A stretch of 63,980 nucleotides of DNA, the filler included, from Reticulomyxa filosa (Eukaryota; Protista; Foraminifera), in NCBI GenBank assembly GCA_000512085.1. It is 22 parts of 22 records of this genome, joined end to end, with 100 filler letters (N's around TTAATTAATTAA, not from the genome) between each part and the next. Parts side by side here need not be neighbours in the genome. Positions count along the whole stretch, not along the records: positions 22,460 to 25,345 come from ASPP01021863.1; positions 25,446 to 27,063 come from ASPP01022910.1; positions 27,164 to 29,582 come from ASPP01033383.1; positions 29,683 to 32,040 come from ASPP01001911.1; positions 32,141 to 34,079 come from ASPP01003376.1; positions 34,180 to 38,699 come from ASPP01006671.1; 16 more parts are not named here. One strand, 5' to 3'. Numbering within the stretch: position 1 is the first letter of the stretch; the number at the start of each line of letters is the position of its first letter. The notes beneath the pieces were generated by a model. It was not told the DNA's origin. It saw nothing but the letters and a program-made list of their open reading frames with translations, and ran no database searches. Shown here piece after piece: positions 24,162 to 36,838 of this stretch. The position numbers and the translations under genes were made by a program.

Positions 24162-25082
24162 ATGGCAAAAATTTTAAGTCAAGTGTCACGTTTGCCACCA
24201 GGATTAAGCCGAAGGCATATCAACTTATTACATGTAACATTTCAAACAACAACGGCAACGGTGACAATATCTGCCCGTCGAACAGCTGTTTTTGCACGAA
24301 CTTGCGCTACATTTTCAAGCAAGAGCAATGAACCGCACGATGAAAAGGACCCACACAAAAGCAAGCCACTAGAGCCATTGGTGATTTGTGGACCGTCCGG
24401 AGTAGGCAAAGGGACATTAGTCAACCATGTGTTGCAAACACTCCCCGAACATTTTCAATTGAGTATAAGTCATACCACTCGAAGACCACGTTCACATGAA
24501 AAGCATGGTAACAATATTAAATCTGTTTGTATGATTGATGTGCAAAATGGATCTCTTAGGTCAATACAAGGCAACAAACAAACAAACAAATTAGGCCATC
24601 ATTATTTTTTTGTGAATAAAGACGAGTTTGAGAATGACATCCAAAAAAATGAATTTTTGGAATATGCACAAATTCATGGAAACACTACTATGGAACAAGC
24701 AAACGACAACTCTTAGAAATTCAAAAAAAGCGCAAAAATTGGAATTTTGGAAATCGATATCAGAGGAGCCAAAGCGGTGAGACACCATCTTCGAAACCAT
24801 TTGCATCATCATCATCATCATCATCATCATTCGACTCGCCATGCAAAAGAGGCTCGATATGTATTCATCACCGCAACAGGTGGGGACAAGGCTTTGATAC
24901 AAAGACTTGCAACGAGAGGCACCGAAACACCGGAGCAAATTGAACAGCGCTTGAAAACTGCCAAACAGGAATTAGATTTCTTACAGCAAAATCCTGATTT
25001 CTTTGACCATGTTTTCTTCAATGACGACTTGGAAAAATCCAAAAAAGTTTGTGGAATTGTTAAAAAGTGGTATTTGATTTGA
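24162..25082 (+). CDS. GUK1: Guanylate kinase with N-terminal organellar-type extension
   Basis: CGPSGVGKGT P-loop, SISHTTRRPR, FLEYA.IHG..YGT, ILEIDIRGA, RLATRGTET and NDDLE; intron 24508-24594; one-base frameshift near 24680; 3' end uncertain. Confidence 0.92.
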
Positions 25083-25509
25083 TTTGTTCAACTTTTTTTT
25101 CTGTTATTGATTCAGCCACTTTTCTCATTTAATTTTGTTTTGTTCATACATGTCTAAGCTTTTCTTTTGGCCGAGTTTCTCTTCAATCAAAGCTTGCCTC
25201 TTTGTTTTCATTTTTCAAAATTGGCATGAACAGACTGATAACGAAGAAAATAATGAAGATGAAATTGACTTTGGCATGGAAGATGCATCAACAGATAATA
25301 GCTATAAATTTTAAACTATTGACTTCCTCACTTGTTGTTATCGTTNNNNNNNNNNNNNNNNNNNNNNNNNNNNNNNNNNNNNNNNNNNNTTAATTAATTA
25401 ANNNNNNNNNNNNNNNNNNNNNNNNNNNNNNNNNNNNNNNNNNNNATATTATATATAATATATATATTTATTATTATTATTATTATTATCATACTAATAA
25501 CAGGAACGC

Positions 25510-25899
25510 ACACAAAGCAAAAATAAAACACTCAACAAATTGCAAAAACAATTGCGGAATTTGTGACGATGGCCAACAATCGAGCTCTCTCTCCAAATTC
25601 TCTGATAACAAATAATGAATCCCATTTATAATCAAAATCTCCAAAAAATATGCGTGAATTTTTTCTTCGTTTAACACTTTGCTTTCCAACATTTTATTGA
25701 TGTACTCCTGTTTGTTGTTTTTTGTTTTTTTTTTGAAATGTCCAAAGTTTAAAAAGCACGGGTTTTCTTTTGCTAAAGTTACCCTTCTCAGTTGGTTCAA
25801 CGATTTCAAGTAGCCACGCTCCGTTTGCGCTAGCTCTTGTACGGCAAATAAAATCGCATTTTCTGCTTCATAATGAGATGTTGCACCAGAAACAGCCAT
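25510..25899 (-). CDS. RhoGEF (Dbl-homology) protein, N-terminal part
   Basis: AVQELAQTERGYLKSLNQL motif and typical DH helix pattern; intron 25708-25782. Confidence 0.8.
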
Positions 25900-26289
25900 T
25901 TCTTTTTAACTTCTCAAACACAATAATGCATTATTTTTGGGGGAAAAAAAAGGAAAAAAATTAATATTCAGAATTTTTCTTTTCTTGCAGGCTTACAGAA
26001 AGTTTAGCGTTTCAAAAATAATGTACTGATATGTTCCACAATGCTTTTCCTTATTTTCAAATCTTAAAGAATTATTGCAAAGTATTAATCTGAATTAAAT
26101 TTCTTAATTAAAACAATTTTGTTTTAATGCATAAGATAATCCATTTTATATTAAATCAATATTTTAAAAAATGTCCAGTTTGTCGATACTCATTGCATAC
26201 ATCATTTATGTCAATGTGAGAGTTGTTCTGCAGTATAAGTTTCAATGTGACAAGTCTACTGATTTTGCTGCTTCGTGAAGAACAGTGTA

Positions 26290-26570
26290 ATGACTTGTAT
26301 GCATATGTGTGTATCAATGATGTCATCTTATTCTTTGGTGGATGGAATTATAAGCTATTTGGTAGTGTTGTCTCAAAATCAGTGTACAAGTATTCAATTT
26401 GAGAAAACAAACGGACGACATTTCAAAACACTTTACCCAGCCCATTAAAAGATTATGTTGCAATATTGAATGAAGACAACACGTGTGTGCATATTATTGG
26501 ATATTTGAAGGACAAAAAGAGATTAGCACATATGAAAACGAACGTAAGTGAATGGCTGAGTAAAGAAAAA
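26290..26570 (+). pseudogene. Decayed kelch-like beta-propeller family member
   Basis: YAYVCINDVILFFGGW..SKSVYKYSI*ENK..FQNTLPSPL..VAILNEDN..VHIIG..HMKT with an in-frame TGA. Confidence 0.65.
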
Positions 26571-27163
26571 AGCAATGTTGATTTAAACATTGATTGTAAT
26601 TATGCATAGAAAATTCGTCTTTGTTTTTTTCAATGAAAAAAAGACAATTCATTTGTATTCCTTTTTGAAATAGGACACAAAGAAGAAAGATGAACAAACA
26701 AAAAAATGAAAATGACATAATGTTTGCAAAAATAAAGGACATCAATATTATAAATATATTTCATCTGTCTTTTTTTTCATTGTATTGTATTATATATGCT
26801 TATGTACATACATTAAAAAAAAATGAGAAAAAAACAATATTACTAATTTAAATGAAGATGCAAAGAACGAATTTGAAAGTAATGAACCTCCATATAAAAA
26901 TATTTGGATTTCATTCCAACACCAGTAATACTTGGGAAAATAATGACAATAAAAAAATGCATTTGTGATAATAATTACTATCAATGACAATAGCATGTGG
27001 AAAAATCTTAAAAATTGTAAAAGAAACTGATGTTACAAATTTCATAAAATTATTTGAACAAGANNNNNNNNNNNNNNNNNNNNNNNNNNNNNNNNNNNNN
27101 NNNNNNNTTAATTAATTAANNNNNNNNNNNNNNNNNNNNNNNNNNNNNNNNNNNNNNNNNNNN

Positions 27164-28952
27164 TTTTTTTTTTTTTTTTAGTTTGAAATGTATGTATAAC
27201 AAACTCAAAGTGCAACGCATGAAAAAAAGCAAACGATAAGCCATCAAATGTCCACTGGCCAAAATGGCCATGAACGAAGCCACACTAATTGGAATCAATA
27301 AACTGCCCAAGCCGACCTTCTGAGTAAACATGTATGACGTATAGTAGCCACATCCAGCAGCCATTGCGCTCATCCAAACAACGCGACGAAACCCAATACA
27401 AAACGTATCTGCTCTGTAAACGTCCACTCGTTCCCCATCTTTAGTACTGCTCTGTTGGCTTGCTTCGAAGCTCTTATCGCCACAAAGCCTTGGATAGCAT
27501 CGAGATTCATGCTTCACCAGCTGTTGTCCCGCTTTCACGTACAAAAAAAAAAAAAAAAAAAAAAATTTGAACAAAATTTTGGATATATACATATTCGAGA
27601 GGGGGAAATGAGGGGTGCCAATAAACGAGTGAGAAACAAAGAGGTCACTTTGTTGATATTCAAACGTTTTCATTCCAAGGGGACACACACACAAATATAT
27701 ACTTAATGTATATAAAAATGCAAAACCAACCTTCACTCGAAGGGGCGTGAATTTCATCTTTGCCTTTTCGCCACACATTGTTCCAATACACTGGATTTAA
27801 GAGCACATAATACCACATAAAGATTTGCAGACCGATTTGCAAAATGATTAAATTGGTGTTGATATAATAAAATGCGACGCAAAAAGCGAATAACCAGAAT
27901 ATGATGACACTTATCACAATTAGTATTTGTGCCCGCCATACTGCTTCCTTTGGGTTTTCCCCAAAGGTAATGTATTGCAACGGGTCGATCAATTTCGAGT
28001 TCGATACAGTCTTATTTAGCATTCGGTCGACACTGATATCAGCATTCAAATTCCTCGCGCTGGCCGTACGTATACTTCCATCTGTGTTTTTATTTTGGTC
28101 ATCACGTAGAGGAATCAACGTCACTTTATCCGCATCATCACTTGTGCTTTTCTGCAGATAATCTGGAGCCGTTGCGACTGCGGCTGCGGCTGCGGAAGGA
28201 ATAAGATCATTTTCACTTTGATGTCTTACATTTGCTTTCCCTTCTCTTTCATCATCATTATTATCATCATTATCACCATCACCATATTGATCCACTTCTA
28301 TGGCTGGTAATGGAAGCCCTTGTGACTCTTGTGATAATTTGTCCTGATTTACAATGATATTGTTTTCTACTCGATTTTCAATCTGCTTTTCAATTGCATC
28401 TACCATCGGACTTGGACGTATATCTTCTTTCTTCTCCTCTTCGCTCACTATGTGTTGCTCGACTTTGACGTTGACGACTTCCACTGTCAATGTTTTTTGT
28501 GGTTCATTTTTTGTTTCGATCGCTTGTGCAGCTTCCACTTCTTTTGCATTTGTTTCGTCAATTTTTACTATGAGTGCACTTTCTGGGTATACAATTGCAG
28601 CTGCATTCCCTGTCGTCTTTTCCACCACTTTTTCAGAGACTTGATCCTCACTTTTGCTCTTGTCCACTTCCTGATTTAATGTTTTCTCATTTATTTTTAA
28701 CAATTTCTCAATTGATGCTTCCTCGTCACTTTCTTCTTTATTCTCTTCATTCGAAACTGGTTGTTGCTCTTCTTTTTGTGTGCTCTCTTCGACTTTTATT
28801 GCTTCCTCTTTTGCCTCAGGTTCTGCTTCTACCCATATCTCCTCGAAAGCGTTTTCTTCTTTTTGCTCCTTTACTATTGTGGAGTGTTCTTCATTCGACA
28901 CATTCGCCCTTTCTACTGTTGTGTCCTCTTGTTCACTAGATTCGGATTCCAT
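27164..28952 (-). CDS. Hypothetical multi-pass membrane protein with long acidic N-terminal region (3' truncated)
   Basis: 430-codon Glu-rich ORF ending in two hydrophobic segments; spliced downstream exon with further TM segments. Confidence 0.65.
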
Positions 28953-29542
28953 TTGTCACTACTTTACAGAGACTTTGCTCTTTTTAAAAAACAACTTCAA
29001 TTTTGTGTCCCTCCGTCCAAGAGTTTACTTTAGGCTGGTTACACTCGGCCCTCGCCGAAACAACGGCGTCAAAAAATGTTGTTTAGTTGAAGATTTGAAA
29101 TTTTATATCATACCTACATGTGCATATATTACGAAAAAAATATTGTTTCTGTTTCTCAAGTCCAAAACGAAAACGGTATTATTCCTGATTCATTTTAGCC
29201 AATAAAAGTAAAAAATTAAAGATTTCACAAATCTATCGTATCCATTACTGAAAATTGAGGAACTGAACACTATTTAAGCAGTGAAGATATCTTAATATAT
29301 CCATTTTCACTTTTTCCCACATAACCAAAGAAGCAATAACCCAAACAATGCTAACATAAAAGTATTATGTAATATATTTGAAGTTTTTTTTACAATTAAT
29401 TATTACATGAATATATATCATTTAGACTTATTAAGTATTATCAAACAAATTAATAAATTGTGTGTACTTGGCATGAAGACGAATTTTAAACGATCTAATA
29501 TTTCTTAATAAAGTACCCACATTGCAATACAGCTATGATAAT

Positions 29543-29582
29543 GTGGGACGTCTGCTGATAGTAGTGGTACACTAACTGTAAT
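29543..29582 (-). repeat. Second copy of the CAGTTAGTGTACC element end
   Basis: Reverse complement of 22176-22215 with about 3 mismatches. Confidence 0.75.
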
Positions 29583-30137
29583 NNNNNNNNNNNNNNNNNN
29601 NNNNNNNNNNNNNNNNNNNNNNNNNNTTAATTAATTAANNNNNNNNNNNNNNNNNNNNNNNNNNNNNNNNNNNNNNNNNNNNTTAGTGGTCATTTTTTGA
29701 TCCGTGTCATTCATTCATTTTTGTTTTGTTTCCAGTGTGTGTGTAACAACGATTTCTTTTCTTATTAGCTGCTCAATGCAGGCATTATGCATATCTGTGT
29801 ATCAATTTTGTTGTTCGTGTGGTGTGTTTTTTTTTTTTGTGATAAAAATAACAAAGAAGGAGAGAAAACAAATAAATAAACAAACATCAAACATATTTAG
29901 CATTGCTTACTTTTTTTCATGGTGGTATGCTTTTACCTCAGATGTAAATGTGTTCCTTTTTTTTTTATCATTTGGATTGCTCACAAATTCGATTTGTTTA
30001 AACTCTGCTTTCTTCTCAAATCTTAATATATCTCTTTCATAACGGAAAAAATTTCTGAACTATGATTGTAATTTGAAAAATTAGATTGCAAAGAAAATAA
30101 ATTAAGCAACTAGTATTCGTATTGATGAAGGAAAATG

Positions 30138-31822
30138 TCAAAAATATTTTGGTACAATCTTAATTTTCAGAACGTAAATAACACCTTCTTCAAATTCAAA
30201 AGTAGTTTTGTCTCCGTCCAATTTGTACAAAATTGGAACAGAATCACACACAGAGCATTGTGGAAGAAACATTCTGGCTTGTCCCAAGAAACCAGGTATA
30301 CAAACAAAAGCGAATACATTGATTACGAATGTTGTCCAATATGTTGCGAGTAAATATTCAATATTTTCAATGCGTTTTTTCATTCTTTATGAGTATCTCC
30401 ATTGGTAAGGCTTTTATGTTTCTCTTCTTCAACTGTATGAGACTCCAAAGTATTGGAATAAAAGGTTTGGAGTCCGCAATCAGCTTGCTTTCCGTTTTTT
30501 CTTTATGTTTCTGCCCTTGTTCTGTAATGACATGTTTTGTGTCTCCTCCAATCAAAACCACATGATGTAGGGATAGGAGTAAAGGTGAATGTGGATCTAC
30601 AACCATACCGACAAACATTGTTGAATCTTTTTGTTTTCCTCGTTTGTGTCATGATTCCATTGATTCGATGTGATTGAGAATGGGTAATAAAGTGAGGGTC
30701 TTGTAAATGGTCACATGACTCGGTGTTTGATTGGTTAGCCCCTTTAATTTCATGGCACCCTCGGTTTGCATCGTTTTTGGAATGACAATACAAGGTGGAT
30801 GGCTCCGTTGTTGTTGTTGAAACAGACAATAGTGACTTGCTTGCTATTTTGTCTTTGCATTGATTCGATTGCGTATTTTCATCATTCGTGCTTTTTTGAG
30901 AGAGGAGAAGGTGTACATTTGAGACGATCGTTGTCTGCACTTTATTGCCTTGACCCTCAAGACGCTTCTCGCACGTTCGCACATTCACGCATGTAAGTAA
31001 TGGAAGCTCTTTAAATCGGAACAGACTAGCAATTACTTCTTCGTCAGTTGGACTCCAACTATGATGGAGTAACGAGGTTCTTGACCACCAATTGGTAATG
31101 CAGCAACGGAGTATCCATACAATATATATATGACTTGCAACACAAAAGAATCTATATCCACTCGCAGCCAATTGAATGAGGAACAATATGATCACGTGCT
31201 CTATTTCATGCAATCTTCCATGTGTTCATGTCTTTGTCATCTTGCGTTTCGTCTTTCTTTTTTTTATGATGAAAGCTTGGATATAATGTTTCTTTTTTTT
31301 TGAAGTACAACGACGACAGGTATCCCTTTGTTATATTCAATCCACTCCATTCCACTTTGTCCAAACAGTATCAACGTGACAGACTCCAATTCGTCATCTT
31401 CTTTGTGGTTTCCTTTTGACAGCGAGATAGACGATTGAGTGATGGCATTGCCCCAAAAAAAAGAAGCTGGGACTGTGTATGGGTGCAGTGTTAGTAGTGG
31501 AATGAGCGTTGCAATCCAAAGTATCGGAACATGAGCAAATGTTAAGGACATAGGATTGCACCCATGTCACAAAAGCGACTAGTGAAAATGATGGACTGGT
31601 AATGCATACAATGTCGAGTTCAAAGTATTGGTAGGCATAATAATCTTCACTGGAAGACTTTCGCTTGCCTCGCAATGTCTGTCTTTCAATGGTTAGCACA
31701 GGCTCTGTTTCTAATTCAAGCGGTGGACATGGGTTGTACTGCCTCAATGCACTGTTATTGATGGCACCGTTGCTTTTCCACACTCTCATAAGCTTCGCAG
31801 TCACAGACTCAAAGCGCATCAA
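30138..31822 (-). CDS. Hypothetical protein, fragmented by introns or frameshifts
   Basis: Chain of same-strand ORFs with coding-like GC content; no motif recognised. Confidence 0.4.
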
Positions 31823-32140
31823 TTGACTGTTTCAACAATACAACAACTTTACATACATAAGCCAACAAGGACTGATTCAATTTCTTTTTTTTTCATATCA
31901 AAAAAAAAGACAAAATAGTATCTTCTAACTTGGCTCTTGTTTTTTTCATTCCAACACCGACCTTTCTCATCTTGTAACAATTGAGCTATATTTTTAGAGG
32001 CAGGTCTTTTTTTTCAGACAACAAGTAACAACAGCTGTTGNNNNNNNNNNNNNNNNNNNNNNNNNNNNNNNNNNNNNNNNNNNNTTAATTAATTAANNNN
32101 NNNNNNNNNNNNNNNNNNNNNNNNNNNNNNNNNNNNNNNN

Positions 32141-33030
32141 TTTGTGTATAAAATGAATACGAAACCAACGCCACAAAAATCCTCAATGAAATCATCCGCC
32201 CCTTCGCCTGCGAACCACTTCAACAGCTTAATATTTTCCTCTAAATTCCATCGGTTGTTGTCACCGACGACGTGTTGTCGTAACACGTGTGTCGCCTCTG
32301 TCGTCAGCTCCTCGCTCACACTGTTTTTATTTCGTTGGCGGCGTCGCTGACCATGTCGTTTTTTTGTTGGCGTTTTGCCGGACTGTTTGATGGTCTTCCA
32401 AACGGTCCAACATCTTATGCAACCATTCACTCGTTTCATGGTATGTCTCTTTCGTTCTTGTTATCTCGCTGTCATGGCTTGTATTGCTTTTTTTCATTTG
32501 TTCAAACGTCGCGATCTTCTTTTGCATTATTTCCCATTTGTCCACTTTGTTTTTTTTTGCATTATTGCTGTCACTATTCGCATTGCCGGTGTTATTGTTA
32601 TTTGCGTTACCACCGCCATTGCCATTCGCTGCGTTGTTATTATTGTTGTTGTTATTACTTGCGTTTGTTGCATTCTTTTCATTTGCATCATTTCCTCCGT
32701 CTCCTCGCTTTGATCCGCTGCTCTTGCCACTACTTCCTGCCCCTTTCTTTTCTTTGCTTTTCGAAGAGTCTGCTTCTTTTGTTCCTGTTTTTTTCTTCAT
32801 TTTCACTGTTTTCACTTCTATTGGTTCTTCTTTCTTCTTTTTGCTACCTTTTGTCGTTTTCTTCTCCTTCTCGCTTCCCTTTCCTTCCGGTTTTTTACTA
32901 CTTTTTTTGGCACGCTCGCAGACGACGTTTTTTGTAACTTCACTGAGTTAGTCCTTGATAACGGCTTCTTTTTTTCATTCGTTGCTTCTTTTGTTTTTTG
33001 TTTTTGACTTCCTGTTCCGCTTTTTTTCAT
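32141..33030 (-). CDS. Lys/Asn/Gly-rich hypothetical protein (3' truncated), two homopolymer frameshifts
   Basis: ORFs 32818-33030, 32327-32815 and 32141-32439 join if the A-runs at 32902-32908 and 32359-32365 are corrected. Confidence 0.5.
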
Positions 33031-33479
33031 CTTTTATTACAGATTATTATTATTTGTTTTTTTTTGTGGGTGTCACCTATTTAAAAAAAAAAACAACTTT
33101 TTGTCTTTAAATTTACATCTTAGATATTGCATTTCAACAAGTTTGGTATAGCCAAGAAAGTAAAGGAAAAGGGAACACAAACGGATGTATTTACTTGTGT
33201 GAAGTTTTGAAAACATGTACTTAAGAAACGGACCAAAACGTGAAAAAAAAAAAAAAGAAAAGGAAAATTTTTTTTGTAATGATTACTTTAAGTGGCGATT
33301 CAAAACATTCAACACTAAGAAAGTTTTGTGCCAAAAAAAAATGCAAATGCTGCATGAAACAGGAAGAGGAGAGGGAAAAAACAGAAACAAAAAAAAAAGT
33401 GCTAGGGACATTCACATTCAAATAATTTAATTTGTGTTGTTTTATATTATATTTAAAAAAAAAGAAAAATGTTTGATTG

Positions 33480-34079
33480 TCAAAATAAGAAATATTTAAG
33501 AATATCTTCGAATTCTTGCTCAAACACAGGATTCAGGTATAGCAAAAAAAACAAATTTGGTCTAAAAGTTTCAGCAATAGACAAAAAGACAAGCAAATCT
33601 TCTGCGGAGCTAATCTCCAACTCTTTTACCAATTGCTGCTCAAATTTTTTCATAATATCAACGTGCAGAGCAGCGGGAGGTATTTCCTTTGTGAAGTCGG
33701 CGCTGTTGCGAATATGTGAGGTGCTATCATAAAACTGCAAGAGCGCCTTTTGTTGGTTTTCAATGTACAATAAGAGTTCGCTGGCCCTGTGTAGCAAAAT
33801 GCGATAATGCGTTTCAAGAAAAGTGATTTTTAAAGGTTTGGGTATGTTGAAGGCCCCAAGTACGATGCATTCGATCAAAGGAGAAGTAAGCGGTTCGAAT
33901 TTGATTGAATTTTGGTGATATGTAGATACCAGGACATTGATGTTGTTGGGATTGTTATTATGCACGTAATGGTTATTGATTCGAATATTGTTGTTTTCGT
34001 CGTCATTGCGACGAGTGTTGGTTCCATTCAACTTCAATCCTTTGTGGTTATCATTGTTATTGTTATTGTTGTTGTTGTT
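33480..34079 (-). CDS. Hypothetical protein, C-terminal exon
   Basis: 185+ codon ORF open toward the contig end; no motif recognised. Confidence 0.5.
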   Translation of the reverse strand, partial: NNNNNNNNNDNHKGLKLNGTNTRRNDDENNNIRINNHYVHNNNPNNINVLVSTYHQNSIKFEPLTSPLIECIVLGAFNIPKPLKITFLETHYRILLHRASELLLYIENQQKALLQFYDSTSHIRNSADFTKEIPPAALHVDIMKKFEQQLVKELEISSAEDLLVFLSIAETFRPNLFFLLYLNPVFEQEFEDILKYFLF

Positions 34080-34179
34080 NNNNNNNNNNNNNNNNNNNNN
34101 NNNNNNNNNNNNNNNNNNNNNNNTTAATTAATTAANNNNNNNNNNNNNNNNNNNNNNNNNNNNNNNNNNNNNNNNNNNN

Positions 34180-35086
34180 AAAAAAAGTTGACAATCGTAT
34201 TTTTCTCATAGTCATGAAATTTGACAATCTTTTTTTAAACAATTTTTAAGATTTACATTTTTTTTTTTAGATGTTCGGTATTGATTTTTGTCATTTTGAT
34301 TATTTTGTTGCCGAAATATTGATTGACAACCATTAGATGAAAATTCCATAAAAAAGTACAAAATTTAGTTGTGGAAGCATTTTAGTCTGAACATTTTTTG
34401 GAGCATTATGAATAGATTATGCTTGCAAGGTGTAAGGTTGAGTAAATACTGATATATATACCGAAGTTTTATCTGATAAAATCTAAAAAACTTTAATTGC
34501 TGCTTAGAAAATAAAGATAATTGGATTTTCATCAAGATAATGCAACATGCCATAAATCGGAAAAAATTATAAAATGGTTAAAACAAAAAAAAAATAAAAA
34601 CAATGAATTAATGCAAATTCACTGATTTAAATCCAATTGAAAATCTTTAGTTGATAGTAAAGACAATTATTCACAAAAAAGGATCATTTAATACCACTAA
34701 AGAAATTTGGACCAATTCGAAACATAATGGGAAAAAATTAAAATAAATATTTTTGAAACCTTAATAAAGTCGATTACAAAGAAAATACAGTCAGTTAAAA
34801 AGCCAAAGGAGATATAACATGTCAGTAAACTTGAATTAAATTTTAAAAAACAAACCTTATCATAATCAGGCAACAACAAAAAAAATTTTTAAAGTAAAAG
34901 AAAGATTAAAATTTTTGAAAAATTAGAAAGACTTAATAAAAAACCAAAATGATATTTAAAAACTACACGATTTGTAGATATTTTTTTAAAAAAAATTTTG
35001 ATTAAATGTTGTTTTTTCATGGAGAAACACAATCATCTCTATAAGGTGGCGTTTTAGGTTTCAACTTTCTTTTTTATCTTACCGTA
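34180..35086 (+). mobile_element. Second decayed Tc1-like transposon copy
   Basis: FHQDNATCHKS (34527-34559) and TDLNPIENL* (34621-34650), D-to-E spacing 100 nt (about DD34E); right end 34950-35086 matches 19050-19175; 34180-34250 is an inverted copy of about 18945-19000. Confidence 0.88.
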
Positions 35087-35513
35087 TTTTCGATATTGTT
35101 CAAGTTATAGAATTTGTCGTAAATTTTATTAATTTTGTGTCATCTTCAATCAACTCATTATGTTTGAGTCTTGTGGCACGTTGTATTATCTTGCCGAAAC
35201 AACATGTTATATTCGTAATCTAAACATAATACAAAGTATTCAACATAATATACTATAAATTATGAACAAAAAATGTAACTCAAATACTGTTTATTTGATT
35301 ATTGACTTTTCAAAAAAAAAGTTTTAAATAAGTGTACAAAACTACTTACACTAGTTCGTTTTTCCCTAAAAAGAATGATTGCACTAAAAATTTTAACGAG
35401 AATATATTTGAATAAAAATAGAATTTCTTATAGTTTTCCCAGCAAGAACATCCTCCTTTTTTGGAAGAACTAAATTCCAAGTGTTAAACACTTTCCTTTG
35501 TGGTGCATATAAG

Positions 35514-36627
35514 ATGAATTCCTTTGATTATGCGCGATGGGATCAAATATTGGCATATATTTTCTGTGGTTTATTTGACGTAATGGTGGTACTGCGGTTT
35601 ATTTGCTATGACAAGTACAAATACCTAATTTGGTTTAATATGTATACTAAATATGTATTTTTGCCGGTGTATATCCCGTTAATTGCTGGACTTGCATATA
35701 TGAATTACTATTTGATTATCGTTGCTGGTTTGCCTGTAGCATATCACGTGTACTGGATGGCAATGGATTACATTCCTTTTTGGAGTGCATCCAAAGATGA
35801 TAATCTGCCAAATGATGTTTATCGAATCTTTGTGAACAATTTGCTGATGGTTAATCACAGTGTGACCGGAATAATGGATGAAATCGTATCTTTTGAACCT
35901 GATGTAATAATGTTGCAAGAGTATTCAAGTCGATGGGACAAGGCATTTACACGTACTTATGCGTTATGTAATACGTATACACATTACGTAAAAATTGTTC
36001 GTGAGGACTCTTTTGGTACGAATTATATTCCGAAAATATATGCATGAGTATCCTTGTTTTGTTTGATTTTATTTTACAAGTTAGATTGACTACCATTGTA
36101 TTTGAATAGGAACAGCAATTTATAGTAAATATCCGTTAATTGATGCAGAAATTTTTGAGATTGACGATATTCCGTTTACGCGTGCCTTTGTAAAATTTTC
36201 GGACACGCAATTACTGCGTGTATACAACTTGCATCCTCTACCTCCTCGTTTGGACTACACGGAAATTTTTAACCACCAAATGGAGGTTATCATTAAGGAA
36301 ATATGTAACGACGTAGAAACTGCACAAGAAAAAACAGGATCAAAGGACTTACATTTGCTTATTGCAGGAGATTTGAACAACACACAATACAATTATTGGT
36401 ATCAGCAAATTTTAAAAAGTATTCCTTCTGTCAAGTGTTGCCACACCTTGCGAAACCGTAAATCAGCTAACACATTTCCCAATGGCATTTTCCCTGTGCC
36501 TCCAGTTCGATTAGATCACTGCTTCATTAGCTATCGCAACCTAGTCTGTTTGGATATTCAAGAGGGAGTTGGTGAAGGCTCTGACCATAGACCTTTGATG
36601 ATCAAACTTGGATTCCAGAGTAAATAA
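35514..36627 (+). CDS. Membrane-anchored endonuclease/exonuclease/phosphatase (EEP) family hydrolase
   Basis: N-terminal TM segments, then PDVIMLQEY, G-TAIYSKYPL, LHPLPP, IAGDLN, RLDHCF and GSDHRPL; intron 36016-36109; start uncertain. Confidence 0.9.
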
Positions 36628-36838
36628 AAATATATACATATAAATCTCTCAGTTTTTTTGCAATGTACATGCATCGAGTATGCTTCTTTGCAAATAGTAA
36701 ACGCATTTCCTCAACTGTTTTTTTGTTGGTATTTTTTTTTACGAAGTCTAATTGATCTGTCTCATATTTTTTTTTTTCTCTGTTCCACAGATAATTTGGT
36801 ATTTGATAATTTTTTTTAAAAGAGCATTTTTACGTGCA

